This document shows positions 47,839-60,282 of a DNA stretch of 64,000 nucleotides, piece after piece. The notes under the pieces were generated by a model. That model was not told where the DNA came from. It saw only the letters and a list, made by a program, of their open reading frames with translations, and did not search any database. Each line of letters opens with the position of its first letter. Position 1 is the first letter of the stretch. The position numbers and the translations under genes are program-made. Location of the stretch: NCBI GenBank assembly GCA_963514005.1, contig OY740795.1:50654001-50718000 (forward strand). Reading direction: 5' to 3'. Source of the stretch: Raja brachyura. Taxonomy: Eukaryota.

Positions 47839-47925
47839 GGTAGACACAAAATGCTGGAGTAAGTCAATGGGTGAGGCAGCATCTATGGAGAGAAGGAATT
47901 GGCAACGTTTCGGGCCGAGACCCTT
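47839..47925 (-). mobile_element. Solo truncated PLE pLTR
   Basis: 14-bp TSD CTTCCTATTTCCTT (47825-47838, 47926-47939). Confidence 0.85.
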
Positions 47926-48044
47926 CTTCCTATTTCCTTTGTTAACTTGGGATTTAGTTAATTAATTAATCCTATGGTCCAATGTAAATGATATCTGCCA
48001 GCTTCCAGTCTGAATAACAGGTCCGACCATCAGTAACAAGTGTG

Positions 48045-48200
48045 AGTTTGGATCAGTAAATCACTCACATTTCCCAGTGAGATGGTCATGGCTTCAAATC
48101 CCTTCTAAAGAATTGAGATCAAAATCTAAGTTGATGCTGCGGTGTAGTCCTAGAATTAATTGGCTGTGCCTGACTGTTTGACTTCTGAAGCATTGGAATC
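48045..48200 (+). mobile_element. Possible ancient DeuSINE/SacSINE1-like remnant
   Basis: GGCTTCAAATCCC...TTGAGATCAAAATCTAAGTTGA...GTGTAGTCCT resembles my recollection of the DeuSINE 5' region; highly degenerate. Confidence 0.35.
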
Positions 48201-48229
48201 CTTCTGTGATGAAGGTGACAGAGAGCTGA

Positions 48230-49035
48230 TGAAACCACCATTGTTGGATGTACAGTGTAATGGGTAAACAGTGTCAGAGAGAGATTAATAATCTGATTGA
48301 ATGGTGCCAGAACAACGATCTTGTCCTTAACGTGAGCTCATTATTGACTTCAGGCATGGAAAATCAAGGTTCCATGAACGTGTCTTCATTGACGACATAG
48401 AGAGAGTACAGAGGAGATTTACTAGAATGTTGCCTGGGTTCCAGCAACTAAGTTACAGAGAAAGGTTGAACAAGTTAGCTCTTTATTCTTTGGAGCGCAG
48501 AAGGTTAAGGGGGGACTTGATTGAGGTCTTTAAAAGGATGAAAGGGATATACAGAGTTGACGTGGATAAGCTTTTCCCATTGAGGGTAGGGAAGATTCAA
48601 ACAAGAGGGCATGACATGAGAATTAAGGGACAGAAGTTTAGGGGTAACATGAGGAGGAACTTCTTTACTCAGAGAGTGGTGGCTGTGTGGAATGAGCTTC
48701 CAACAGAAGTGGCAGGATCGATTTTAACATTTAAAAGTATAGTGGATAGGTATATGGACGGGAAGGGAATGGAGGGGTATGGTCCGAGTGCAGGTAGATG
48801 GGACTAGGGGAAAATAAATGGTCGGCACGGACTGGAAGGGTCGAGAAGGCCTGATTCCGTGCTGTAATCGTTATATGGTTATATGGTTATATGGCAATGG
48901 AGAGAGGCAACAGCTTGAGTTTCTGGGCATGCATTTCCCTGAAGAACTGTCCTGGACCCAGCACATTGATGCATTGATAACAAAAGCTCATTGATGCCTC
49001 TACTTCCATCGATGATTAAAGAGATTCAGCATGCA
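48230..49035 (+). mobile_element. Rex1/Babar RT remnant interrupted by a CR1
   Basis: GAGCTCATTATTGACTTCAGG (ELIIDFR), CTGTCCTGGACCCAGCAC (LSWTQH), CTCTACTTCC (LYF). Confidence 0.6.
48394..48893 (+). mobile_element. Young CR1 3' fragment ((TTATATGG)n tail)
   Basis: ORF 48427..48807 MLPGFQQLSYRERL...FTQRVVAVWNELP. Confidence 0.9.
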
Positions 49036-49229
49036 TGACAATTTTAGGACCTTACAGCCTTTGTCCTTCTCGACACTAAGGGCTGTGAGACTGACCAATG
49101 CTTTTCCAGGAGACTTGGGTGACAATTGTAGTGCATTGTATTAATGGTACACACACAAGCCATGGAGCTACTGGTGAAATTGCTTGTTCTGCAGGTAGTT
49201 AGACTGCCATTCAAATTGTTTGGTAAATA

Positions 49230-49725
49230 GAGATTTGGGCCCCATATCCGAGGAAGGATATGCTGGATCTGGTGAGGGTCCAGAGGAGGTTTACCAGAAT
49301 GATTCCAGGAATGAGTGGGTCAGCATATGATGAGCGTTTTACAGCACTGGGCCTCTACTCATTGGAGTTTAGAAGGTTGAGGGGGGACCTCATTGAAACT
49401 TGCAGAATAATGAAAGGCATAGATAGAGTAGATGTGGAAAGGATGATTCCTCTGCTGGGAGGGTCATACCAGAAATCATAGCCTTTTAGAAAGGAGGTAA
49501 GGAGGAACTTCTTTAGTTAGAAGGTAGTTAATCTGTGGAACTCATTGCCACAGAAGGCTGTGGAGGCCGTGTCAGTGGATATTTTTAAGGCAGACATAGG
49601 CATAATTTTGATTAGAATGGGTATTAAGGCAGGAAAATGGAGTTAGGCGGCAGTGATCAGCCATGATTGAATGGCGGAGTGGACACGATGGGCCGAATGG
49701 CCTAATTCTACTCTTATTACTTGTG
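49230..49725 (+). mobile_element. Older CR1 3' fragment
   Basis: ORF 49260..49481 RVQRRFTRMIPG...LGLYSLEFRRLRGDLIE. Confidence 0.85.
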
Positions 49726-50313
49726 AACCATATAACCATATAACAATTACAGCATGGAAACAGGCCTTCTCGGCCCTTCCAGTCCATGCCGACCATTTAT
49801 TTTTCCCTAGTCCCATCTATCTGCACTCAGGCCATACCCCTCCATTCCCTTCCCGTCCATATACCTATCCACTTTACTTTTAAATGTTAAAATCGATCCT
49901 GCCTCCACCACTTCTGCTGGAAGATCATTCCGCACAGCAACCACTCTCTGAGTAAAGAAGTTCCCCCTCATGTTACCCCTAACCTTCTGTCCCTTAATTC
50001 TCATGTCATGCCCTCTTGTTTGAATCTTTCCTACCCTCAATGGGAAAAGCTTATCCACGTCAACTCTGTCTATCCCTTTCATCATTTTAAAGACCTCAAT
50101 CAAGTCCCCCCTTAACCTTCTGTGCTCCAAAGAATAAAGACCTAACTTGTTCAACCTTTCTCTGTAACTTAGTTGCTGGAACCCAGGCAACATTCTAGTA
50201 AATCTCCTCTGTACTCTCTCTATTTTGTTGACATCCTTCCTATAATTAGGCGACCAAAATTGTACACCATACTCCAGAATTGGTCTCACCAATGCCTTGT
50301 ACAATTTTAACAA
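49726..50313 (-). mobile_element. Young CR1 3' fragment ((TTATATGG)n tail), inverted relative to 48394-48893
   Basis: ORF 49807..50316 LYKALVRPILEYGVQFWSP...; near-identical to the + copy. Confidence 0.9.
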
Positions 50314-51343
50314 CAAATTCTTTTGTTTAAAAATTTAAAAACAAATTCTTGAGAGGTATTGATGGGTGAGGTGATGCTCAGGAGATGGTGGCGACTTTCA
50401 CGTTAAGATAGGTTCCAGAATGTCTTTCAAAACCTCACTAGACCCCAAACCACATTGCAGCTAATGCTTTTCTGATGTGTACTCACTATTTTAAGGAAAA
50501 AGTGGGAAATGATCAAGAGAAAATATCAGGTGGTGAAGAAAGTGTTCTCAATTTTGCATAAGTTGTCTAATATTCAGCTCTGCAAAACAGTAAACAGTTT
50601 AAAATATTCAGTTGCCAGCTCCTCAGAGATAATATTCAGGGATTATCCCTGACCCTTTTTATCTGATAAAAGCTGTTGGCCACAATTCCAATGGGGCACA
50701 CACAATCATGACCGGAATAAGTATTTCCAGCACAGCTGTATTAAAGCTAATTTTTAATGACCTTTTACACCTGCAGGAAGCAGATTGGGCTTTTGATGTT
50801 GTTTGTTGCTTGGCACAAAGACAGAGAGAGGAGAGCAGTAAAAGTGACGGATCAACAGTGTTGTGGTCACTGTACAATACTGGTGTAATCGTTGTCTTAT
50901 TGAGTCAACAGTGGATGAAGATCAATGCAGAGGCTTGCTTCTTTTGTTAATTATTTATTCTTGCTTAAATATCACACCTGACATACAGCATTCAGATCCA
51001 CTAAATCATGTCTGGAATTCAGCATTGATCCAAGCAAAATACGCTGCTCGCCTGTTCATAGCCCACCAGAGTGACGGATACTCAGCACTTATACTCTAGT
51101 CTACCTCTACTTCCTTACAGGGTTTAGGAAGTTTGGCATGTCCCCTATAACTCTCACAGACTTCTACAGAAAGTACTTTATCGGGATGCATCACAGCTTG
51201 GTTTGGGAACAACTCCATCCAAAACCGCAAGAAATTGCAGCAAATTGTAGATGCAGCCCAGACCATTACACAAACCAACCTCCTGTTCATTGACTCCATT
51301 TATACCCCAAGCTGCCTCGGCAAGACCAGCAACTCGGCAAGAC

Positions 51344-51480
51344 CAGAGGCCCGGGGAGCCGTTGGTGAGAGAGGGTGGAGTTACCTGCGCTGTGAGTATA
51401 AATCTAGCGCGGGGCTTGCTTTTCACAGAGGCCCGGGGAGCCGTGGGTCAGTGAGGGTGGAGTTACCTGCGCTGTGAGTA
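51344..51480 (+). repeat. 82-bp-period repeat (about 1.7 units) at the CR1 5' end
   Basis: CAGAGGCCCGGGGAGCCGT...GAGGGTGGAGTTACCTGCGCTGTGAGTA at 51344 and 51426. Confidence 0.85.
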
Positions 51481-51761
51481 GAACAACATCTGCAACTTTC
51501 CATCTTCCAGAGAGGGAATCTGGTGAAGCCTCTGATTGGTTGAAGAGGACCAGAGGAAGCAGCTGATTGGGTGCAACCCGGGGTCTACATTTTTACATTT
51601 CTGCCTTCAGGTTTATCGATTCTGGGAGTTAAGGATTCTGGGAGTTAAGGATTCAGTATTTATTAGTAAAGTTTAAAGGATAAAGTTTTGTGTTTAATAA
51701 AAAAGTAAATTAAAAAAATATATATATATATATTTAATACAGAGTAATTTGGGAGTAAGAT

Positions 51762-52709
51762 ATGTCAGTAGAGATTGGCCCCATGGTTTGCTCAGCCTGC
51801 AACATGTGGGAGATCAGGGATATGGTCGGTGTCCCTGGTGACTACATTTGCAGGAAATGTGTCCAGCTGCAGCTCCTGGCAGACCGCATTGAACGATTGG
51901 AGCTGCGGCTGGATTCATACTGGAGCATCCACGATGCAGAGAAAGTCGTGGACAGCACATACAGCGAGTTGGTCACACCACAGGTAAAAGGTAAGTGGAC
52001 AGAAAGGGAGCGGGTGGCCAATAGCCAGCAAAGCAGTAGGCAGGTAGTGCAGGAGTCCCCTGCGGTCATCTCCCTCCTAAACAGGTTTACCATTTTGGAT
52101 ACTGTTGAGGGAGATGGCTCATCAGGGGAATGCAGCAGCAGCCAAGTTCATGGCACCATGGGTGGCTCTGCAGCACATGATGGGGGAAAAAGAGGGGAAG
52201 GGCAATAATAATAGGGGATTCAATTGTCAGGGGAATAGATAGGCGTTTCTGCGGCCGCAAAAGAGACTCCAAGATGGTATGTTGCCTCCCTGGTGCAAAG
52301 GTGAGGGATGTCACTGAACGGCTGCAGAACATTCTGGAGGGGGAGGGTGAACAGCCAGTTGTCGTGGTGCATATTGGCACCAACGATATAGGTAAAAAAA
52401 GGGATGAGGTCCTACAAGGTGAATTTAGGGAGCTAGGAGATAAACTTAAAAGTAGGACTTCAAAGGTAATAATCTCTGGATTATTACCAGTACCACGGGC
52501 CAGTCAGAATAGAAATAGGAGGATATTGCAAATTAATACGTGGCTTGAAAAATGGTGCAGGGGGGAGGGATTCAAATTTTTTGGGGCACTGGAACCATTT
52601 CTGGGGGAGGTGGGACCAGTACAAACAGGACGGTCTGCACCTGGGCTGGAATGGAACCAATGTCCTTGGGGGAGTGTTTGCTAGTGCTGTCGGGGAGGAT
52701 TTAAACTAA
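51762..52709 (+). pseudogene. CR1 ORF1: Cys zinc-finger/leucine zipper plus SGNH esterase domain, 2 frameshifts
   Basis: CSAC...CRKC, LQLLADRIERLELRL; IIGDSIVR, LPGA, HIGTND, DGLHL; stop TAA at 52707-52709. Confidence 0.9.
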
Positions 52710-55597
52710 TGTGGCAGGGGGATGGGTACAAGAGCAGAGAGGCAGGTGGGTGTAAAACGAGGGTAGAAGCAATAGGAAGCAAGTTGAAAACCAGGGCAAA
52801 AATCAAAAAGGGCCATTTCTCAACATAATTGTATAAGGTGTAAGAGTGTTGTGAAAACAAGCCTGAAGGCTTTGTGTCTCAATGCAAGGAGTATTCGCAA
52901 TAAGGTGGATGAGTTGAATGTGCAGATAGCTATTAATGAGTATGATATAGTTGGGATCACTCCAGGGTGATTGAGGTGATTGAGACATGGCTCCAGGGTG
53001 ACCAAGGCTGGGAGCTGAACATCCAGGGATATTCAATATTCAGGAGGGATAGAGAGAAAGTAAAAGGAGGTGGGGTAGCGTTCCTGGTTAGAGAGGAGAT
53101 TAACGCAATGGAAAGGAAGGACATTAGCTTGGAGCATGTGGAATCGGTATGGGTAGAGCTGTAAAACACTAAGGGGCAGAAAACGCTAGTGGGAGTTGTG
53201 TACAGGCCACCTAACAGTAGTAGTGAAGTTGGGGATGGAATCAAACAGGAAATTAGAAATGCGTGCGACAAAGGCAAAACAGTTATAATGGGTGACTTCA
53301 ATCTACATATAGATTGGGTGAATCAAATTGGCAGGGGCGCTGAGGAAGAGGATTTTTTGGAATGTATGCGGGATAGTTATCTAAATCAACATGTAGAGGA
53401 ACTAATGAGAGAGCAGACTATTTTAGACTGGGTATTGAGTAATGAGGAAGGGTTAGTTAGCAGTCTGGTTGTGCGTGCCCCCTTGGGCAAGAGTGACCAT
53501 AATATGGTCGAGTTCTTCATTAGGATGGAGAGTGACATTGTTAATTCAGAAACAAATCAGAAACAATGCAATAGAAGACATTTAAAGACTGCATGGATGA
53601 ACTACAAAAATTGTTCATCCCAGTTTGGCAAAAGAATAAATCAGGGAAGGTAGTGCATCCATGGATAACAAGGAGAATCAGGGATAGTATCAAAGCAAAG
53701 GATGATGCATACAAAGTAGCCAGAAAAAGCAGCATACCAGAGGACTGGGAGAAATTCAAAGACCAGCAGAGGAGGACAAAGGGCTTGATTAGGAAAGGAA
53801 AAATAGATTATGAAAGAAAACTGGCAGGGAACATAAAAACTGACTGCAAAAGTTTTTATAGATATGTGAAGAGAAAGAGATTAGTTAAAACAAATGTAGG
53901 TCCCTTGCAGTCAGAAACAGGTGAGTTAATCATGGGGAACAAGGATATGGCGGACCAATTGAATAACTACTTTGGTTCCGTCTTCACTAAGGAAGACATA
54001 AATAATCTGCTGGAAATAGCAGGGGACCGCGGGTCAAAGGAGGACTTGAGTGAAATCCAGGTTAGTCGGGAGGTGGTGTTGGGTAAATTGAGTGGATTAA
54101 AGGCCAATAAATCCCTAGGGCCAGATAGGTTGCATCCCAGAGTACTTAAGGAAGTAGCTCCGGAAATAGTGGATGCATTAGTGATAATCTTTCAAAACTC
54201 TTTAGATTCTGGAGTAGTTCCTGAGGATTAGCGGGTAGCAAACGTAACCCCTCTTTTTAAGAAGGGAGGGAGAGAGAAAAAGGGGAATTACAGACCAGTT
54301 AGTCTAACATCGGTAGTGGGGAAACTGCTAGAGTCAGTTATTAAAGATGGGATAGCAGCACATTTGGAAAGTGGTGAAATCATTGGACAAAGTCAGCATG
54401 GATTTACGAAAGGTACATCATGTCTGACGAATCGTGGGGAATTTTTCAAGGATGTAACTAGTAGCATGGATAGGGGAGAACCAGTGGATGTGGTGTATCT
54501 GGACTTCCAGAAGGCTTTCGACAAGGTCCCACACAAGAGATTAGTATATAAACTTAAAGCATACGGCATTGGGGGTTCAGTATTGATGTGGATAGAGAAC
54601 TGGCTGGCAAACAGGAAGCAAAGAGCAGGAGTCAACGGGTTGTTTTCACAATGGCAGGCAGTGACTAGTGGGGTACCGCAAGGCTCAGTGCTGGGACCCC
54701 AGCTATTTACAATATACATTAATGATCTGGATGAGGGAATTGAAGGCAATATTTCCAAGTTTGCGGATGACACTAAGCTGGGGGGCAGTGTTAGCTGTGA
54801 GGAGGGTGCTAGGAGGCTGCAAGGTGAATTGGATAGGCTGGGTGAGTGGGCAAATGTTTGGCAGATGCAGTGTAATGTGGATAAATGTGAGGTTATCCAC
54901 TTTGGTGGCAAAAATAGGAAAGCAGACTATTATCTATATGGTGGCCGATTAGGAAAAGGGGAGATGCAGCGCGACCTGGGTGTCATGGTACACCAGTCAT
55001 TGAAAGTAGGCATGCAGGTGCAGCAGGCAGTGAATAAAGTGAATGGTATGTTAGCTTCATATCAAAAGGATTTGAGTATAGGAGCAGGGAGGTTCTACTT
55101 CAGTTGTATAGGGTCTTGGTGAGACCACACCTGGAGTATTGTGCGCAGTTCTGGTCTCCAAATCTGAGGAAGGACATTATTGCCATAGAGGGAGCGCAGA
55201 GAAGGTTCACCAGACTGATTCCTGTGATGTCAGGACTGTCTTATGAACAAAGACTGCATAGACTCGGTTTATACTCTCTAGAATTTAGGAGATTGAGAGG
55301 GGATCTTATAAAACTTACAAAATTCTTAAGGGGTTGGACAGGCTAGATGCAGGAAGATTGTTCCCGATGTTGGGGAGGCCCAGGACAAGGGGTCACAGCT
55401 TAAGGATAAGGGGGAAGTCCTTTAGGACCGATATGAGAAGGACTTTTTTCACACAGAGAGTGGTGGGTCTTTGGAACTCTCTGCCACAGAGGGTAGTTGA
55501 GGCCAGTTCATTGGCTATATTTAAGAGGGAGTTAGATGTGGCCCTTGTGGCTAAGGGGATCAGAGGGTATGGAGAGAAGGCAGGTACGGGATACTGA
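52709..55597 (+). pseudogene. CR1 ORF2 (APE endonuclease plus reverse transcriptase), disrupted
   Basis: ORF pieces 52967, 53189, 53593, 54316, 55104 and 55334 give consecutive EN and RT motifs. Confidence 0.95.
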
Positions 55598-56517
55598 GTT
55601 GAATGATCAGCCATGATCATATTGAATGGCGGTGCAGGCTCGAAGGGCCGAATGGCCTACTCCTGCACCTAATTTCTATGTTTCTATGTTTCTAACTCAA
55701 GGATGAGTAGCACCCTGCCCACTCCCTCTTCTCCCTGCTCCCAAAAGGTATAAAAGTGTGAAAACGAACTGATTCTGGGACAGATTCTGGGACAGTTTCT
55801 TCCCAGCTGTTATCAGGCATCTGAATCATCGTACCACAACCAGAGAGCAGTGTGGAACTACTATCTACCTCATTGATGACCTTCAGACTATCCTTGATCG
55901 TACTTTGCTGGCTTTACCTTGCACTAAACGTTATTCCCTTATCATGTATCTATACACTGTAACTGGCTCAAACATGTATTGTCTTTCTGCTGACTGGATA
56001 GCGCACACCAAAAGCTATCCACTGTACCTCGGTACACGTGACAATAAACCAAACTGAACTAAACAATAGTTCATAAAATTCCTTATGGACATTTCCACTC
56101 GAACGGAATGGATAAATGTCAGACCAGGCAAATTGTTGGCCCAAAAATATATTTTACATGGAGGACAATTCTGTGGGCTGATAATCAACGGTTCCATGTG
56201 CATAATTTTTATGTTTCTCATCCAACTCGTGATCAAATGAGAACCGACTTTTCCAAGCTGAGGAGCTCTCTGCCATGGGTGATCTCTGTTATGGCTTTGG
56301 ATGTGTGGAAATTATGGTGTTAATGAGTTCCTTCTCGGAGACAGCAAAAAAAAGGAGTCGCCATGTTTGTGTCCTTAACCTTTTTCCAGTGCATGCTTGT
56401 GATCTATCTGGTAGAATAAACTTCTCATCAGATACTTACTCCACATTCCAGATGTGCAAAGTTAAACATAAATAATTTAGGTAATGAAATCTAGATATAC
56501 AACACTACATTAACACT

Positions 56518-56664
56518 GGATAGAAGGAATGGGTGACATTTTGGGTTTGAAACCCGAAGCATCACCCATTCCTTCTTACCAGTGAGGTTACCTGTCCAGC
56601 TGAGTTACTCCAGCATTTTGGGTCTATCTTCGGTGTAAACCAGCATCTGCAGTTCCTTCCTACC
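56518..56664. mobile_element. Short inverted PLE pLTR dimer
   Basis: GGAATGGGTGACATTTTGGGTTTGAAACCCGAAGCATCACCCATTCC; TSD ACATTAACACT (56507-56517, 56665-56675). Confidence 0.8.
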
Positions 56665-56714
56665 ACATTAACACTCTGAAGCCTCTGTCAGACACCTTTA
56701 AACAATTTAGAGGC

Positions 56715-56908
56715 ATGGAAGGGTAAGTTTTCACATCTTACCCTTCCATGTGCCTAGAGTGCCTCTCGCCTGACTCTCAGTCTGAAGAAAGGTCTCAACC
56801 CAAAACGTCACCTATTTCTTCTCTCCAGAGATGTTACTGATCCTAACTGTCTCAGCATTTTGTGTCTATCTTCGTTGTAAACCAGTATCTGCAGTTCCTT
56901 CCTACACC
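56715..56908 (+). mobile_element. PLE pLTR
   Basis: CTCTCAGTCTGAAGAAAGGTCTCAACCCAAAACGTCACC...CTGCAGTTCCTTCCTACAC. Confidence 0.75.
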
Positions 56909-57704
56909 TTAAAACAATCATATTTTAAACATGGTTCTTCTTGTGCATCAGATTCATCCAATAATCTGTCCATGAGACCTAAACATAAGGCAAGTCCAGT
57001 TATATATTGTCATTGACATGTTTCTGCAGAGATATGATCATACATATTTAATACACATATAATTTTTTCATATACTGTGAAACAGCGTGGAATTACTTTT
57101 ACTGTGACTTTCTTATTCACATCAGGAATCAAGTGAAAGTCACACTCCCAGGTCATGAAAACCTGTAAGAAAATATGATTTATACTCCATGCTTTGCGCT
57201 GCATGATACTTCTCCTAGATTGTAGAATACTAAAATTGAATTATTTTGCATCATATATATTTCCAAGGAAGGAAATTTGAAAATATATTTGATATTGTTC
57301 CAAAAATAAAATAACATTTTTAAAGTATTGATTTGGAATCTAGTTTCCAAATCAATATTTTAACATTTAATTTCGTGGTGCAAAATTGCCTCCTACATGT
57401 TCGCACTTGTGTTATTGACAAAATATTTTTTTGGTATTTTAGTTACTCATTTAAAGTGCAATTCCCCAGAACATTGCACTGTTAGTTCACTTTTTTATAA
57501 AGTCTTCAAGTAGTATGTAACTTTGTGAAACTTTCTGCACAGTTTTCCATTCCTTGTGCCAAGGTAGAGTCAGATCCTGGACTGAAATGGCTCTGATTTG
57601 GAGCTCACTCAAGGAGATGAAGGAAATTCAATGCACCATCTGTCCTTGAAGGTTTTAAGCTGGACTTGAAGGGATATGATCATTTAATAGATAAGACACA
57701 ATAT

Positions 57705-58660
57705 CAAGGTATCATGGAAACTTTATTGTCATTCAGACCTTTCGGTGTGAACAAAATGTTGTTGCCTGCAGTCATACATATAGTAAATAACAAAACACAC
57801 AATAAACACATATTTAACATCCACCACAGTGAGTTCATCAGACACCTCCTCACTGTGATGGAAAGCAAAATCTTAAGTCTTTGTCTCTTCCCTCCTTGTT
57901 CTTCCTCTGCGCTGAGGCGATCCAGGCCTCCGATGTTGTGACCCCACCGGGTGATGTAAGTAAGTCCCGCGGCTGAACCGTGCTCCGCGAATGGGCCGGT
58001 TCAACTCCGTGGCCCGGGGCGGTCGAAGTTGCCGCCCTCCAGTCCAGCGGACGCAGCTGTTGCCGCGGGAGCTCCGATAAAACAGGTCACCAACCTGTGA
58101 CCTGCGAGCTCCCGATGATGTCGTCCACTGGGCCCGTGGCCGAACCTCCAATGTCGCTGCCGCCGCCACTGGAAAGCCAACACAGCTCTGAGTCAGGCCG
58201 CCGGAACGCCTGAATACCTGAACCTGCTGCAGCCCCGAAGTTGGCCAGCCTCTCGCCGTTAAGAAGAAGGGTTTCAGCCCGAAACGTTGCCTATCTCCTT
58301 CGCTCCTTAGATGCTGCTGCACCCGCTGAGTTTCTCCAGCCTTTTGTGTACCCTCACGCTGGTAAGTCCTGGCTGGCTCTGCCTCTGGAGCCTCGAGGTC
58401 GATTGCAGTTGGAGGCTGCCAGCTCCGCCATTAGGCCTCAGCGCAGATGGAGATGGAGACGGAGACGGAGACGGGGGATACGACAAGAAAAGTCGCGTCC
58501 CCCGGAAGGAAGAGACTAAAACGTTTCTCCCACCCCTTCCACACACATACACAACATAATAACTCAAATTAACATGCTAAAACAGGACAAGAAAACAAAA
58601 AAAAAGAAAAAAACAGACGGACTGCAGGCGAGCCGCAGCTGCCAAGGCAGCGACGCCACT
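57705..58660 (-). mobile_element. GC-rich non-autonomous retroposon containing a pLTR insertion (58264-58351)
   Basis: CTTTATTGTCA tail, shared hairpin at 57820-57862, GC-rich 5' end GGCGTCGCTGCCTTGGCAGCTGCGG. Confidence 0.55.
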
Positions 58661-58750
58661 CCAATATGTTGGACTGATAATACCTCTCAGGCTTATGGAG
58701 GTTGCTTTGCAGCAGGGTTGGCCTGATGAAATCTGCAAATCAACAGAGTA

Positions 58751-58966
58751 GATAGACACAAAATGCTGGAGTAACTCAGGGGGACTGGCAGCATCTCTGG
58801 AGAGAAGGAATGGGTGACCATTTGGGTCAAGACCCTTTCAGAGTGAAGGTCTCGACCCGAAACGTCACGCATTCCTCTTCAGAGATGCAGGCTGCCCCGC
58901 TGACTTACTGCAGCAATGTGTGTCCATCTTTGGTGTAAAACAGAATCTGCAGTTCCTTCCTACACA
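58751..58966. mobile_element. Inverted PLE pLTR dimer
   Basis: GATAGACACAAAATGCTGGAGTAACTCAG...GACCC | AAGGTCTCGACCCGAAACGTCAC...CTGCAGTTCCTTCCTACAC; ACAGAGTA on both flanks. Confidence 0.8.
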
Positions 58967-59365
58967 GATAGACAGAGTATGCAGTTTGTGGGCAGCTGAT
59001 GGAATCATTCAGCACCTTGTGAATTCTGCTATTATGGAAAACCTGCAATGAGGGCTGGAACTCTAGCAATCCATCTACTTGGAGCTCTAGAATCATCATT
59101 GCAACATGCTGAGCAAAGGTTGGAAGTTTGGGTCAATTCATGGTTCAGTGCCTGCAAAACGGAAAGCAGAAAATGGCACATTTTAAGGTTCAGGCAATGA
59201 ATCAATGACCTTGATGTTTAACTCTGCTCAACTCTCTTCAGATACTGCCTGATCTGTTGAGTATCCCTAGCATTTTCTGCTGGTGACATAGCAATTCTGC
59301 TTATCATGCTCTTGGCTTAGAAGATAAATGGTACAACATTTAGTGCAAGATAAAGTCCAATGAAG

Positions 59366-59608
59366 ATAGACACTAAAAGCTGGAGTAACTCAATGGGTCA
59401 AATAGCATATCTGGAGAAAAGGATAAGGTGACGTTTCAGGTCGAGCGCTGTCTTCAGTCTGGAGTCTGAAGAATGTCTGAAGTCTGAAGCAGGGACTCGA
59501 CATGAAATGTCACCTATTCCTTTTCTCCAGAAATGCTGTCTGACCCGCTGAGTTACTCCGGCATTGTGTGCCTATCTTTGGTTTAAACCAGCATCTGCAG
59601 TTCCTCCC
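59366..59608. mobile_element. Inverted PLE pLTR dimer
   Basis: 15-bp TSD TAAAGTCCAATGAAG (59351-59365, 59609-59623); centre has a reiterated GTCTG(A/G)AG. Confidence 0.85.
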
Positions 59609-60282
59609 TAAAGTCCAATGAAGTCCAAGTAAAGATATTTCTTCCTAGTTCGAAGATGATTGAATCTTAATTTTTCATCACTTGATGTCCATGTTGTAGA
59701 GAAACTCCATTTTGCTAGTATGTTTTTTTCTCATATAACTAATGTTTTCATCTAACATTGATGAAATGACTCAACACTTGAAGAGGTTCTTACTAACCAC
59801 AAAGCATAAACATTGACATATTAAGGATAGCTCTGCCAAATTGTGTTGACATTTTTTGGGAGCATGGTAGACAGGGAAATATCTATGGTTGTATACTGGT
59901 TACAATTAGGCATTTCAGTGGTTCAGAAAATAGGATTATTATTATAAATAAGTGTGCATAGTATTGCAGGTAATTGGTGACATCGGTCAATAGTTGGTTT
60001 GTTAGTAAGAGAGGGAGAGATTATAAATAAAAGGATTGTTCTCTGATTACTAGGAGGTTATACGCGGTGATCCACAGATGTCAGCGCTGAATCCCCATCT
60101 TATTAACTTTGATAAAGAAATGGAAAAGTTTATATCCAGTCTGCAGATGACTCCAAATTGGGAGGTACAATTGCTTTGTTGAATAAGGGAAAGTGAGTTA
60201 ATCTTTTCTCTAAATCAGGTAAGGCCTGAATTTAATACCACTCCCCTTCCCTCAAAACAGGCACACTCAATCAACTGCACTC

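Larger units (their letters stand above)
51344..55694 (+). mobile_element. Full-length CR1 LINE (5' UTR, ORF1, ORF2, 3' UTR), inactivated by indels and stops
   Basis: Complete architecture ending in (TTTCTATG)n. Confidence 0.95.
51098..56065 (+). mobile_element. Rex1/Babar-type 3' portion (51098-51335 and 55695-56065) split by a full-length CR1
   Basis: LYFL..FRKFGMSP.TLTDFY, CITAWFGN, LQQIVDAAQTIT; resumes AAGGATGAGTAGCACCCTGCCCACTCCCTCTTC; tail GTACACGTGACAATAAACCAAAC. Confidence 0.75.
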
